The notes: generated by a model not told the origin, from the sequence alone. 44,362 bases of DNA from Polaromonas sp. (GCA_025362825.1 JANYFF010000249.1:1-44362), one strand, 5' to 3'. Numbered from the stretch's first letter, positions 18,686 through 28,835 are shown. Made by a program: numbers and translations.

Positions 18686-19672
18686 TTAAGGCTGGACCCC
18701 GACCTCTTTGACAGTTTTGGCATAACGCGGTGACTCTCGTTGCATGAGCACTTTGAGTTGGGCGGAACTTTCGGTTCGCGGCGCAAATCCTCGTGAATTT
18801 AAAACGTCCATCAAGATGGGCTGAGCCAAGATCTCGGCAAGCTGCTTGGTGAGCTGCGACAAAACGCTGATCGGTGTCCCTGCGGGTGCGTACAGTGCGA
18901 ACCATAGCGGAAGGTCAAGGCCGGGGTAGCCAGCTTCTTGCAGGGTCGGTACTTGCGGGAACAGCGGTGAGCGCCGCGAGTCTGCCAACGCTAGCGGCGT
19001 GAGCGCACCCGATTTAATGTGGGTTTCGACGTCTGAAATGCTGCCCACGATGAGTGGGACCCGGCCAGCCAGAGTCTCTGTTAACGCTTGCGGCGTGCCT
19101 TTCGCGGGGATATGCACCAGATTGATATTGGCTGAGCGTGCAAGCATTTCCATCACCAGATGCGCTGAAGAACCCACAAAAGGAGACCCATAGTCCAGCC
19201 CAGTCGGTGAACGCTTCGAAAATACGACCAAGTCAGCCATCGATGACACGCGGGTTGCTGAGTTGACCAGAATCACGTTAGGTGTGGAGGCGATCATGCC
19301 GACTGGTTCGAAGTCCTTGAAGACATCGTATGGAACGTTGGGGAAAATGCTGGGCGAGATGACGAAGTTGTTAGCCGTCAACAGCAGGGTGTAGCCATCA
19401 GGCACTGCCTTTGCCACCGCGTTGGAGCCGATAAGTCCACCCGCGCCGGGACGGTTGTCGATGACCCAAGGCTGACCAGTTTGTTGACTGTAGGCCTGGC
19501 CGACAAGACGTCCCAACAAGTCAACCGAACTGCCTGGCGGCGCTGGAACCACGATGCGTACCGGCTTGGCTGGAAAGGATAGGGGTTGCGCTTGCGCCAC
19601 GAACATGGCGCTGAGCATGGCGGCAACCGTGATGCACTGCAACGTGCACGATCGAAAGAGGCTTGATGTCAT
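18686..19672 (-). CDS. Bug/TctC-family substrate-binding protein
   Basis: Signal peptide, FPAKPVRIVVPAPPGSSVD, DNRPGAGG, PDGYTL. Confidence 0.93.
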   Translation of the reverse strand: MTSSLFRSCTLQCITVAAMLSAMFVAQAQPLSFPAKPVRIVVPAPPGSSVDLLGRLVGQAYSQQTGQPWVIDNRPGAGGLIGSNAVAKAVPDGYTLLLTANNFVISPSIFPNVPYDVFKDFEPVGMIASTPNVILVNSATRVSSMADLVVFSKRSPTGLDYGSPFVGSSAHLVMEMLARSANINLVHIPAKGTPQALTETLAGRVPLIVGSISDVETHIKSGALTPLALADSRRSPLFPQVPTLQEAGYPGLDLPLWFALYAPAGTPISVLSQLTKQLAEILAQPILMDVLNSRGFAPRTESSAQLKVLMQRESPRYAKTVKEVGVQP

Positions 19673-19691
19673 GGGTGGACTTTCGGGGTGT

Positions 19692-20993
19692 TTAGAAAAT
19701 GCGGAAATCGAGACCGGGCAACGGTGACGAAGTCGTTGGTACAGGTCGTGGCAATACGCCCCGTTCCCAGTTCGCGAAGGCCTGTGAGAGCTCTGTATGT
19801 ATGGCTGGATGGCTGTTGCTGAAATCGGCGTATTCGCGGATGTCCCGGATCAGGTTGAACAACTGCGAGCGACCACTGTCGATGTCAAGCAGGTATTTCC
19901 ACGGCCCTCGTCGAACGGCACCGGCTGTCGGCGTCCGCCAGTACAAAGTCCTTTCATAGGGAGCGCATTCCCCCGTTAACACCGCCATGAGATCGTGGCC
20001 GTCGATGGGGTAGTTTGGATCGGCCGACACGCCAGCCAGTGCGAGAAAGGTGGCGGTCCAGTCCATGGTGATCGCAACTTGCGGACTCACTTGCGCGCTC
20101 GGGATTCGCCGGGGCCAATGCACGATACCAGGCACCCGAATGCCGCCCTCACGCAACAAGCGGATATAGCCCGTCAAAGGGTAATGGTAAGAGTAGCGTT
20201 CGCCGCCGTTGTCACTCGTGAAAACCACCAGCGTATTGCTGTCAAGTTTTAACCGGCGAAGTGTGCCCATCACTTGACCCACACCCTCGTCAAGCGCGCG
20301 TACCATCTCCGCATAGATGGCAATCGAACCACCGTTGGTGGCGGCGGGTTTGTCGGATTCCTCTTCGTCGCGGTGAAAGGGCGCCTCCCACGGCCAATGC
20401 GGAGCGGTGTAGTGCAGCGACAGGTAAAACGGCTCTGCGCTGTGGCGTGAAATATAGTCACAGGCCCGTTCGGTCAGTACCTCTGTGAGGTAGCCCGACG
20501 GTTCGGCATCCGCATGGCCATCACGGGCCAGAAAGCGGCCCTCCTCATCGCGGTAACTGAAGTACGAGGCACCGCTGCTTGTGAGACCAAAAAATTCGTC
20601 AAAGCCGGACTGCAATGGCCCGTAATTCGGAGGCTCACCGCAATGCCACTTGCCGATCAAACCGGTGTGATAGCCCGCACTGGCCAGTAGCCGAGGCAAG
20701 GCCGGAAAAGACGCTTCCAAACCCAAGTTATTCCCATGCAACCTGTGCAACAAGGGTTCAGCCAGACCGGCCAGGTGGCGCGCCGGGTATCGGCCCGTGA
20801 ACAGCGAAATCCGCGTCGGGGAACAAGTGGCCGACCCGGAATAACAGTCGGTTAAGCGTACCCCCTCTGCTGCTAGCCGATCGAGATTTGGCGTTTTGTA
20901 ATCGGGTCGACCGTAGCACGAGAGGTCCCCCCAGCCCATGTCATCGGCCAAGATGAAAACGATATTAGGGGGACGCACGCTGTTGGAAGTCAT
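19692..20993 (-). CDS. Formylglycine-dependent (Cys-type) arylsulfatase-family protein
   Basis: PNIVFILADD, CSPTRISLFTG (CxPxR), GKWH, APHWP, FTSDNGG and EGGIRVP. Confidence 0.95.
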   Translation of the reverse strand: MTSNSVRPPNIVFILADDMGWGDLSCYGRPDYKTPNLDRLAAEGVRLTDCYSGSATCSPTRISLFTGRYPARHLAGLAEPLLHRLHGNNLGLEASFPALPRLLASAGYHTGLIGKWHCGEPPNYGPLQSGFDEFFGLTSSGASYFSYRDEEGRFLARDGHADAEPSGYLTEVLTERACDYISRHSAEPFYLSLHYTAPHWPWEAPFHRDEEESDKPAATNGGSIAIYAEMVRALDEGVGQVMGTLRRLKLDSNTLVVFTSDNGGERYSYHYPLTGYIRLLREGGIRVPGIVHWPRRIPSAQVSPQVAITMDWTATFLALAGVSADPNYPIDGHDLMAVLTGECAPYERTLYWRTPTAGAVRRGPWKYLLDIDSGRSQLFNLIRDIREYADFSNSHPAIHTELSQAFANWERGVLPRPVPTTSSPLPGLDFRIF

Positions 20994-21086
20994 GCGCTTG
21001 ATTGTTGAATTACTGACCGGTTCACACAATGCCTCGTGGCACATAATGTGCATGCCTTCGACGTTATGGTGATATTCAAGCCCCCA

Positions 21087-22016
21087 ATGCCCGATCTTTG
21101 CAAAGCGTCTTCCTCTCCGCTTGAGCTGGCTCAGGTGCGCACCTTGGTCGCACTCTTGGAAGAGAGCAGCGTGTCCCGCGCTGCGGCTGTCTTGGGTCAG
21201 TCACAGCCTCAAACCAGCACCACGCTACGTCGTTTACGAGTCCAGTTGCAAGATCCCGTCCTTGTGCGGGGTAGTTATGGCATGGTCCCCACGGCACATG
21301 CGCTCACGCTGTTGGGGCCGGCACGTCGCATCTTGGCTGACATGCTCAGTCTGCTGAACGCATCAGAGAACTTCACGCCGTTGACGATGCCGCTGGAAAT
21401 TAAAATTGCGGTACCCGACTACCTAAGCCCGGCGTTGCTTGGCGCCATGTTCCGCGCTATTCGTGCGGAGGCCCCCCAAGCCACCATACTGCTGCGGGCG
21501 GTGCACAGTGAATCGGAAGGCGCTGAACTGCTGGAGACTGGCAAGGCTGACGTTCTCATCGAATCTGTTGCCATGCCGACCGCGTCCATCCGCTATGCGC
21601 CTTTATTCGAGGACAGTATTTTGTCGGTCGCTGCGCGTTCAAAATCAGGCAAGCTGGACAAGCTGAGTCTGGCCGATTACTTAAACTTGCCCCACGTTGC
21701 AGCTGCACCGGCTTCCGGATTGCGTCCGGGTCTGATCGATCAGCTGCTCGCGCAGCAGGGTTTGAGTCGGCGCGTGGTGGCCCGAGTGCCTTACCTGAAC
21801 ACCCTGCCCGCCATTTTGGCGGCCAGCGATCTGGTGTTCACGACCACGACCAGACTTGCGCAGTACATGGGCGCACACCCAGCGCTACAGGTGTTCGTGC
21901 CGCCAGTGACATTCCCGCCCATTCATTACTTTTTAATGTGGCACGAACGCGTGCACCGCACCAGCGAGCATCAGTGGTTGCGAGGTTTGCTGCACCGCGT
22001 TCTGGCGGCTAAATGA
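21087..22016 (+). CDS. LysR-family regulator, divergent from the sulfatase
   Basis: LLEESSVSRAAAVLGQSQPQTSTTLRRLR HTH; C-terminal WHERVH...HQWLR. Start codon uncertain. Confidence 0.9.
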   Translation: MPDLCKASSSPLELAQVRTLVALLEESSVSRAAAVLGQSQPQTSTTLRRLRVQLQDPVLVRGSYGMVPTAHALTLLGPARRILADMLSLLNASENFTPLTMPLEIKIAVPDYLSPALLGAMFRAIRAEAPQATILLRAVHSESEGAELLETGKADVLIESVAMPTASIRYAPLFEDSILSVAARSKSGKLDKLSLADYLNLPHVAAAPASGLRPGLIDQLLAQQGLSRRVVARVPYLNTLPAILAASDLVFTTTTRLAQYMGAHPALQVFVPPVTFPPIHYFLMWHERVHRTSEHQWLRGLLHRVLAAK

Positions 22017-22043
22017 TCGCACCCGGCGCTTGTTGATCAACTG

Positions 22044-22947
22044 TAGTGTTTGAATCTTGAGTAAGCTTAAGTTCCTCACGTGACTGCAGCGGTTTATTCT
22101 GAACCAACGTGGAGAAAGCGAATGCGAGTTGCCCCCGGAATTGTTTTAACGAGCCAGGAGCGAGACAAGCTGACGAAGCTGACCCGCGCGCCAAGCTCAC
22201 AAGCGTGCGTCTGGCTAAATGTGCGCGCATCGTGCTGCTGTCGGCTCAGGTGATTGAAGAACAAAAACATTGCTGTGCAATTGGGCGTGGGCCGCGTGCA
22301 GGTGTCGCGTGCAGGTGTCGCGTTGTCGCGATCGCTACACGCAGGCCGGGCTTGCGGACATCGAACGTACTCTGGCGCGCGGAGCACCACCGGCGACGAC
22401 CGAGGTGGCACGTCTGGTGGAGCTGACTACCCAAGCCAAACCCGGGGCGGCCACCCACTGGAGAACGCGCACCATGGCGGCCGAACTGGGCATCAGCGCT
22501 GCCAGCGTCTCGCGTTACTGGCGCAAAAATAGTTTGAAGCCCCATGTGGGGCACGGCTTGAAGGTCTCGCGCGACCCGTAGTTCGTCGAAAAGCTCGAAG
22601 ACAAAGCGATCGCTGATCAGCCTGCCGAGCGGCAGACTCACGATATGCTAGACAATCTGCGTACCCACAAAATGAACGACGAGTGGCTCGCAGCGCACCC
22701 GCGCGTCACCTTCCACTTCACGCCCACCAGCGCGAGCTGGCTCAATCAAGTCGAGATATGGCTCGGAATCTTCCAGCGCAAGACGCTGCGCAGCGCCAGC
22801 TTTGCCAGCATCGATCAACTCATCGGGGCAATCCGCGATATCGCCGCTACCTACAACGAGAATGCCGCGCCCTTCGTCTGGCGCAAGCGCAAGGTCAAGG
22901 GCTTGCAACTTCGCAACACTATCGTTAACTTGCGCAATCAGACACTA
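22044..22947 (+). mobile_element. Decayed, internally deleted and apparently chimeric IS630-family element
   Basis: TA-flanked IRs TAGTGTTTGAAT / AATCAGACACTA. N-terminal transposase fragments (ARIVLL...THWRTRTMA...KPH...VSRDP*FVEKLED) join directly to a C-terminal fragment (LDN...TPTSASWLNQVE). A 13-bp duplication lies at 22293-22318. Confidence 0.88.
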
Positions 22948-22948
22948 T

Positions 22949-23109
22949 GAGCCTGTCGGACTTGGGAATCGCCCGCTGCAAATCGACCGCAGTGGTCTAC
23001 TTTTCACCGCTTTCTTGACCCATATCCAGATATGGGCTTACGAAAGCGTCAAAAACTTCTCGGCGCTCGGGCCGATTTTCGTTTTCGACGACCTAAGCCC
23101 GACAGGCTC
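22949..23109. mobile_element. 161-bp MITE-like element
   Basis: 18-bp imperfect terminal IRs GAGCCTGTCGGACTTGGG / CCTAAGCCCGACAGGCTC. Internal symmetry (CGCTTTC/GAAAGCG, CCCATATC-CA-GATATGGG); too short to encode a transposase. Confidence 0.8.
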
Positions 23110-23988
23110 CTAGCGCGCAGGCATCAAAGACGGGCCGGTGCGTTCAGGTTTGATGCGTTCACTGATCCAGCGCAGCAGGTCTATCCACATCTGTCGCATT
23201 TCGGCGTCCAGAGGCGTGCGCGTCGAGTTGGGCAGCTCTATGGTGACGACCGGTATGCCCTTGTGGACGCCGCCGTAGTTGCCAAGCGATCCGGGGAAAA
23301 TGCCGACCTGGTCAAGGTAAAGCCGCCCCAGCCTGGAGGGCGGCACATAGCCTTCTCTGGCCGGGCCGTCAAAGTCCAGCACGCCGTAGGGCGCATGGAT
23401 GCTGACGATCAGCTGCGGCTTGAAACGCTCCATCTCTTCCTGCAAAAACTTCGACTCGGGCTCGGACAGCGGCTTGAGGCCGGGGTATCTTCGCGGATCT
23501 TTTTTGGTACGCTTTTCCCAGTAGATTTTGGCGTCACGGTCCCAGTTGGGCGTGGGGAAGTTGCGGTTCAGATCCACCCCATTCGCATTGACGCGTTTGG
23601 GCGGGTGGCTGAACAGGCCATCGGGATTGAGTGCCGGAATAAACCGCCAGTGCACCGCCTGCGGCATGTCCACCGGCGACTGGCTGGCCAGACGAATCCA
23701 CTGCAGCGCCAGCGATGCCGACGACAGTTCATCGCCGTGGATGGCACCGATCACCAGCACGCGCACCGTCGGGTTGTCGGGCCGGATGTCACGCACCCAG
23801 ATCGTTCGCCCCTGCACAGACCGGGCTGTACTGGCCTGCAGGCCGGCAGATTCGCACAATGGCCGTTTGACGTTGGGCAGCCTGACAGAAAATTCGTCGC
23901 AAGGACCAGCCGCCATCGCCGGAGCAGCCACCAGCAACAACACACCAAGAAGGCGCCAACAAGGGCTTGCAGGGCGTTTGAAATTCAT
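23110..23988 (-). CDS. mpaA: M14-family zinc carboxypeptidase, murein peptide amidase A-like, with signal peptide
   Basis: HGDE, NPDG, NANGVDLNRNF, SEPE, SIH and TIELP motifs. Confidence 0.85.
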   Translation of the reverse strand: MNFKRPASPCWRLLGVLLLVAAPAMAAGPCDEFSVRLPNVKRPLCESAGLQASTARSVQGRTIWVRDIRPDNPTVRVLVIGAIHGDELSSASLALQWIRLASQSPVDMPQAVHWRFIPALNPDGLFSHPPKRVNANGVDLNRNFPTPNWDRDAKIYWEKRTKKDPRRYPGLKPLSEPESKFLQEEMERFKPQLIVSIHAPYGVLDFDGPAREGYVPPSRLGRLYLDQVGIFPGSLGNYGGVHKGIPVVTIELPNSTRTPLDAEMRQMWIDLLRWISERIKPERTGPSLMPAR

Positions 23989-24144
23989 CTGCCGAGTTTA
24001 GCGACCGCTGCTTCACCACCTGAAGAGGTGGCCGCAGGCGCGCGCGCGACAGGCGCGGTTTTCCCGCACGGGGCAAGGCCATGCGCTGTAGAGCAAAATG
24101 CCTGTTGGTCCTTATCCAGCGCCTCGTATAAATTACATCTGTCT

Positions 24145-24663
24145 ATGTTGTCTCCCGTCCCCCATCAAAAAGCAGGCGTTCCCGACTTTTCCCAAAAGGA
24201 ATTCCGCGCCTCCCTGGCCATGTTTGCGACCGGGGTGACGATCGTCACAGCTCGCACCGCCACTGGCGAGCTGGTCGGTCTGACGGCCAATTCCTTCAAT
24301 TCGGTGTCCCTGAACCCGCCGCTGGTGCTCTGGAGCCTGTCGCAGGCGGCCAGCTCAATGGCGGCGCTGACCAAGGGTTCGCATTACGCCATCAACATCC
24401 TGGCGGCCGACCAGAAAGAGCTGGCTGAGCAGTTTTCCAGCAAGCGGGCCGACCGCTGGCAGGGCGTGGCGTTCACCGACGGGCTGGCAGGTGCGCCGCT
24501 GCTGACCGGCGCCGCGGCCAGCTTCGAATGCTTTAACCGCAGCCGCTACGTAGAAGGCGATCACGTGATTTTTGTCGGCGAGGTGGAGCGCTGCAGTCAC
24601 CGGGCCGGCGTGGCACCGCTGCTGTTTCACGGCGGCAGGTTTTATACCGAACACCCGCTGTAG
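24145..24663 (+). CDS. Flavin reductase family protein (HpaC/RutF/DIM6-NTAB-like)
   Basis: FRASLAMFATGVTIVT, GLTANSFNSVSLNPPLVLW and GDHVIFVGEV; start placed at ATG 24145. Confidence 0.92.
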   Translation: MLSPVPHQKAGVPDFSQKEFRASLAMFATGVTIVTARTATGELVGLTANSFNSVSLNPPLVLWSLSQAASSMAALTKGSHYAINILAADQKELAEQFSSKRADRWQGVAFTDGLAGAPLLTGAAASFECFNRSRYVEGDHVIFVGEVERCSHRAGVAPLLFHGGRFYTEHPL

Positions 24664-24710
24664 GCCACTTGGGCTCCGTTTGGGTGTTTTTGGCCAGTCT
24701 CAGGTATTAC

Positions 24711-24762
24711 ACAGGCCCGCAGCCCCGGTTAAACGGTCGCATCTAGCTATTGTTTTTGTAGC
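24711..24762. repeat. Copy of the GCTAT-N-(G/A)TAGC repeat family
   Basis: ...GGCCCGCAGCCCCGGTTAAACGGTCGCATCTAGCTATTGTTTTTGTAGC; collinear with the copies at 27920 and 32966. Confidence 0.7.
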
Positions 24763-24878
24763 GTCCGCCATTTTTGGTTGCCCATTCATAACCTTGCAGA
24801 TAATTGCCCTGCCGCACGCCCCGCAGCATGATTGCTGCTACCGGCCGCCTTCGGCCGGTGCTTGCAAGGTGCTTTTAA

Positions 24879-25582
<704 letters not shown>

Positions 25583-25615
25583 ACGACCCGACCATCGCGG
25601 CACTAACATCACCCG

Positions 25616-26512
25616 ATGACTGTGCGCAAGACCCATCTCGACACCGTGGCGATTTCCCTGTTGCTGGCCTGCTGCCTCTTCTGGGGTTTCCAGCAAGTGC
25701 TCATCAAGGCCACCATCGCCGAAATACCACCGATGTTCCAGGCGTCGCTGCGCCTGGTCGGGGCCACCACCTTGCTGTGGCTCTGGTGCCGGGCGCGCGG
25801 CATAGCGCTGTTCGGCCGCGATGGCTCGCTGCTGCCCGGCCTGCTGGCGGGTGCGCTGTTTGCTGCGGAGTTCGCCTGCATCTACCTCGGCCTGCAATAC
25901 ACCACGGCCTCGCGGCTGACGGTGTTTCTATATACCTCGCCGTTCTGGGTGGCACTGCTGGTGCCTTGCTGGGTCAGCACTGAAAAGCTGCGCGGCATGC
26001 AGTGGGTCGGCTTGCTGTGCGCTTTTGCAGGAGTGGTGTTTGCTTTGCGGGAAGGCTTTGCCGCAGGCACGGCATCGACACTGCACGGCGACGTGCTGGC
26101 GCTGCTGGCCGGCATGCTGTGGGGGCTGACGACGGTGGTAATACGGGCATCAAGCCTGGTGAAAATATGCGCTGAAAAGCTGCTGTTCTACCAGCTGGCA
26201 GCAAGCTGCGTGGTCTTTCCGCTGCTGTCGCTCGCACTCGGCGAAAGCTGGCGCTGGCACTTCAGCGCATTTGCCATCACCTCGCTGGCGCTGCAAACCG
26301 TGATCGGCGCCTTTGCCAGCTATCTGGCCTGGATGTGGATGCTGGGTCGCTACCCGGCGACCAAAATCTCCGTGTTTGTGTTTTTGACGCCAGTCTTTGC
26401 CCTGCTGTTTGGCGCGCTGTGGCTGCATGAAAGCGTCACGCCCGGCCTGCTGGCTGCGCTGGCTACCGTGGCCGCAGGCATTGTGCTGGTCAACCGCAAG
26501 CCAGTCGCCTGA
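25616..26512 (+). CDS. DMT/EamA-family transporter
   Basis: About 10 TM helices; FWGFQQVLIK, LYTSPFW and FLTPVFALLFG motifs. Confidence 0.92.
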   Translation: MTVRKTHLDTVAISLLLACCLFWGFQQVLIKATIAEIPPMFQASLRLVGATTLLWLWCRARGIALFGRDGSLLPGLLAGALFAAEFACIYLGLQYTTASRLTVFLYTSPFWVALLVPCWVSTEKLRGMQWVGLLCAFAGVVFALREGFAAGTASTLHGDVLALLAGMLWGLTTVVIRASSLVKICAEKLLFYQLAASCVVFPLLSLALGESWRWHFSAFAITSLALQTVIGAFASYLAWMWMLGRYPATKISVFVFLTPVFALLFGALWLHESVTPGLLAALATVAAGIVLVNRKPVA

Positions 26513-26527
26513 GCCGGCACTGGCGCG

Positions 26528-28678
26528 TCAGGCAACAACTACCGGATTTGCCGCCAAATAGGCTGCGGCGAAGTCGGTGTACCAGCCTAGGCAGGCGGGA
26601 TTGGCCATCGCGTCGCGGTTGAGCACTTTTTCAACCGGGTGGCCAAGCATGAGTTTTTTGATCGGTAGCTCCTGCTTTTTGCCGGACAGGGTGCGCGGGA
26701 TTTCAGGCACCAGAAAAATATCATTCGGCAAAAAGCGCGGCGACACCGCCGTCCTGATGGCGTTGTTGAGCCGCGCCTTCATGGCCTCGTCCAGCGCGAC
26801 GCCATCCCGGAGTGCCACAAACAGCGGCATGTAGCTGTCGCGGCCCAGGTACTCAAGGTCCACCACCATGGCGTCGAGCACTTCGGGCAGGGCCTCGACC
26901 GCGCTGTACAGCTCGCTGGTGCCCATGCGCAGGCCGTATCGGTTGATGGTGGCATCGCTGCGGCCATAGATGATGCAGCTGCCTGAGGGCGTGATCTTCA
27001 GCCAGTCGCCATGGCGCCAGACACCGGGATAGGTGTCAAAGTAGCTCGCCAGGTAGCGCTGGTTGCCGGTGTCGCCCCAAAAGTAAAGCGGCATCGATGG
27101 CACCGGCTGGGTACAGATCAGCTCGCCAACCTCGTCGACCACCGACTCGCCCTGCTCGTTCCAGGCTTCAACGGCGCAGCCGAGTACGCGGCACTGCATC
27201 TCGCCCGGGACCACGGGCAGCTCGATGTTGCCGGCGATGAAAGCGCCGGCAAAGTCTGTTCCCCCAGAAATATTGCACCACCATACTGGCGCCCCCACGC
27301 TTTTCACTTCGTGTAATACGCTGCCCCCCAAGGGGGCTGGCCTGGCTTGGGGCGGCCCGGCGCTGGCGGCCGTTGATACGGCGACTCCCCTAACGCGGAG
27401 CTTTTCGAACTGCGCCGTCCCCCAGCGCTGTGTGTCTTCACTCAGCGGTGAGCCGGTGGTGCCGAGTGTCTTGAGGCGGCTGAGGTCGCCGCATTGCGCC
27501 AGGTCCACGCCGGCTTTCATACAGTTGGCGAAGTAGGCCGCGCCGGCGCCGAAAAAAGTGACCTTGGTATCCGCCACAAAGCGCCACAGCGTCGTCCAGT
27601 CGGGGTTCTCTTTGCTGCCGGCCGGGTTGCCGTCAAAGATGCAGCTGGTCGTACCGTTGAGCAGGCTGGCGACATGTGTGTACCACATGATCCAGCCGGT
27701 CGAGCTGTACCAGTGAAAGCGTTCGGGTGCGGCGCGGTTCTCAAGGCTGGGCGCGATGTCGTTGTTGAGCCGGAGCAATGCCAGCGCGACCACCACCACG
27801 CCGCCATGGCCATGGATGATGGGCTTGGGCAGGCCGGTGGTTCCGCTGGAGTAAACAATCCACAGCGGATGGTCAAACGGCAGCCAGAGCGGCTCAAAAA
27901 CTGCCACTTCATGATCATTTCGGGTTGTAGCCGCCGTAAAACCGACGTAGTTTGCTATCGAATATGTAGCATTTGGCATGCCGTCGGGGGTTTGCACGAT
28001 CACGTGCCTCACGCTCGGCAGGGCGGCCACCATTTCGGCAATCACGTCGTTGCGGTCCAGGTCGCGCCCGCCATAGCGCACGCCGCTGCAGGCGATGAGT
28101 ACCTTTGGCTCGATCTGCGTGAAGCGGTCCAGCACGGCGCGGGTGCCCATGTCAGGTGCGCACAGGCTCCAGATGCCGCCTATGCTGGCCGTCGCCAGAA
28201 AGGCAACGATGGTTTCCTCAATGTTCGGCAAATATGCCGCCACGCGGTCGCCAGGCTGAACGCCCTGGGCCTGCAGATGCAGGGCCAGCGAGGCGACCTG
28301 GCGGCGCAGTTCGGCCCAGCCGAGTTCACGCGCCGGCTGGCCGCTGGCCAGACTGGCTTCACCGTGGCTGACGATGGCCGGCAGGCCCGCAGCTCCTGCA
28401 GCGCCTGCGTGGCGAAAGACCTGCTGCGCATAGTTGCCGGTGGCGCCGGCAAACCACTCGGCACCCGGCATCTCGCGCTTGCCCAACACCGCGGCATAGG
28501 GTGTCGGCGACTGCATGCCGAAATAATCCCAGATGCTTTGCCAGTAGGCATCCAGATCGGTCACCGACCAGCGCCACAGCGCATCATAGCTTTCAAAGCT
28601 CAGTCCACGGGTGTCCTGCAGCCAGTTTTGATAGAGGCGAATTTGGGTGGTGATGGGAGGGATGTGGGGCACATTCAT
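26528..28678 (-). CDS. Acetoacetate-CoA ligase (acetoacetyl-CoA synthetase) carrying two repeat-derived in-frame segments
   Basis: YSSGTTGLPK, GWIMW, SGGTD, WRHGDW, GRSDATINRYGLRMGT and PRTLSGKKQE motifs. Confidence 0.93.
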   Translation of the reverse strand: MNVPHIPPITTQIRLYQNWLQDTRGLSFESYDALWRWSVTDLDAYWQSIWDYFGMQSPTPYAAVLGKREMPGAEWFAGATGNYAQQVFRHAGAAGAAGLPAIVSHGEASLASGQPARELGWAELRRQVASLALHLQAQGVQPGDRVAAYLPNIEETIVAFLATASIGGIWSLCAPDMGTRAVLDRFTQIEPKVLIACSGVRYGGRDLDRNDVIAEMVAALPSVRHVIVQTPDGMPNATYSIANYVGFTAATTRNDHEVAVFEPLWLPFDHPLWIVYSSGTTGLPKPIIHGHGGVVVVALALLRLNNDIAPSLENRAAPERFHWYSSTGWIMWYTHVASLLNGTTSCIFDGNPAGSKENPDWTTLWRFVADTKVTFFGAGAAYFANCMKAGVDLAQCGDLSRLKTLGTTGSPLSEDTQRWGTAQFEKLRVRGVAVSTAASAGPPQARPAPLGGSVLHEVKSVGAPVWWCNISGGTDFAGAFIAGNIELPVVPGEMQCRVLGCAVEAWNEQGESVVDEVGELICTQPVPSMPLYFWGDTGNQRYLASYFDTYPGVWRHGDWLKITPSGSCIIYGRSDATINRYGLRMGTSELYSAVEALPEVLDAMVVDLEYLGRDSYMPLFVALRDGVALDEAMKARLNNAIRTAVSPRFLPNDIFLVPEIPRTLSGKKQELPIKKLMLGHPVEKVLNRDAMANPACLGWYTDFAAAYLAANPVVVA
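27291..27365. repeat. Palindromic GC-rich repeat-like element read in frame within the ligase (peptide SAGPPQARPAPLGGSVLHEVKSVGA)
   Basis: GCCCCCACGCTTTTCACTTCGTGTAATACGCTGCCCCCCAAGGGGGC...GGGGCGGCCCGGCG with an internal hairpin. It interrupts the TGSP...SGGTD interval and is recalled as a Comamonadaceae intergenic repeat. Confidence 0.7.
27911..27972. repeat. Copy of the GCTAT-N-(G/A)TAGC repeat read in frame within the ligase (peptide NATYSIANYVGFTAATTRND)
   Basis: CGGGTTGTAGCCGCCGTAAAACCGACGTAGTTTGCTATCGAATATGTAGCA aligns without gaps to the intergenic copy at 24712-24763. Confidence 0.65.
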
Positions 28679-28835
28679 GACAGCAGCTTACCCGCGCGAT
28701 TGCAAGCTTGTAACCCGTGAAACTACCGCTTCTTTTAAGTTTGCAACAAGAACGCGGAGGTCAACTTTCGGCGTACGGCCTTGTATGGGTTACGAATTGC
28801 CCCTAGGATGACCCCACATAAACAAGGAGAGAGCG

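Noticed and set aside
23032-24144. 543-aa + strand ORF that appears to give the flavin reductase a long N-terminal extension
   Set aside because: The extension is the antisense shadow of the mpaA-like gene plus MITE sequence; recognisable homology starts only near ATG 24145.
28786-28800. TGG-N10-GC sigma-54-like element upstream of the NCS2 permease
   Set aside because: Spacing fits but the -24 element (TGGGTT versus TGGCAC) is poor; insufficient without TSS data.
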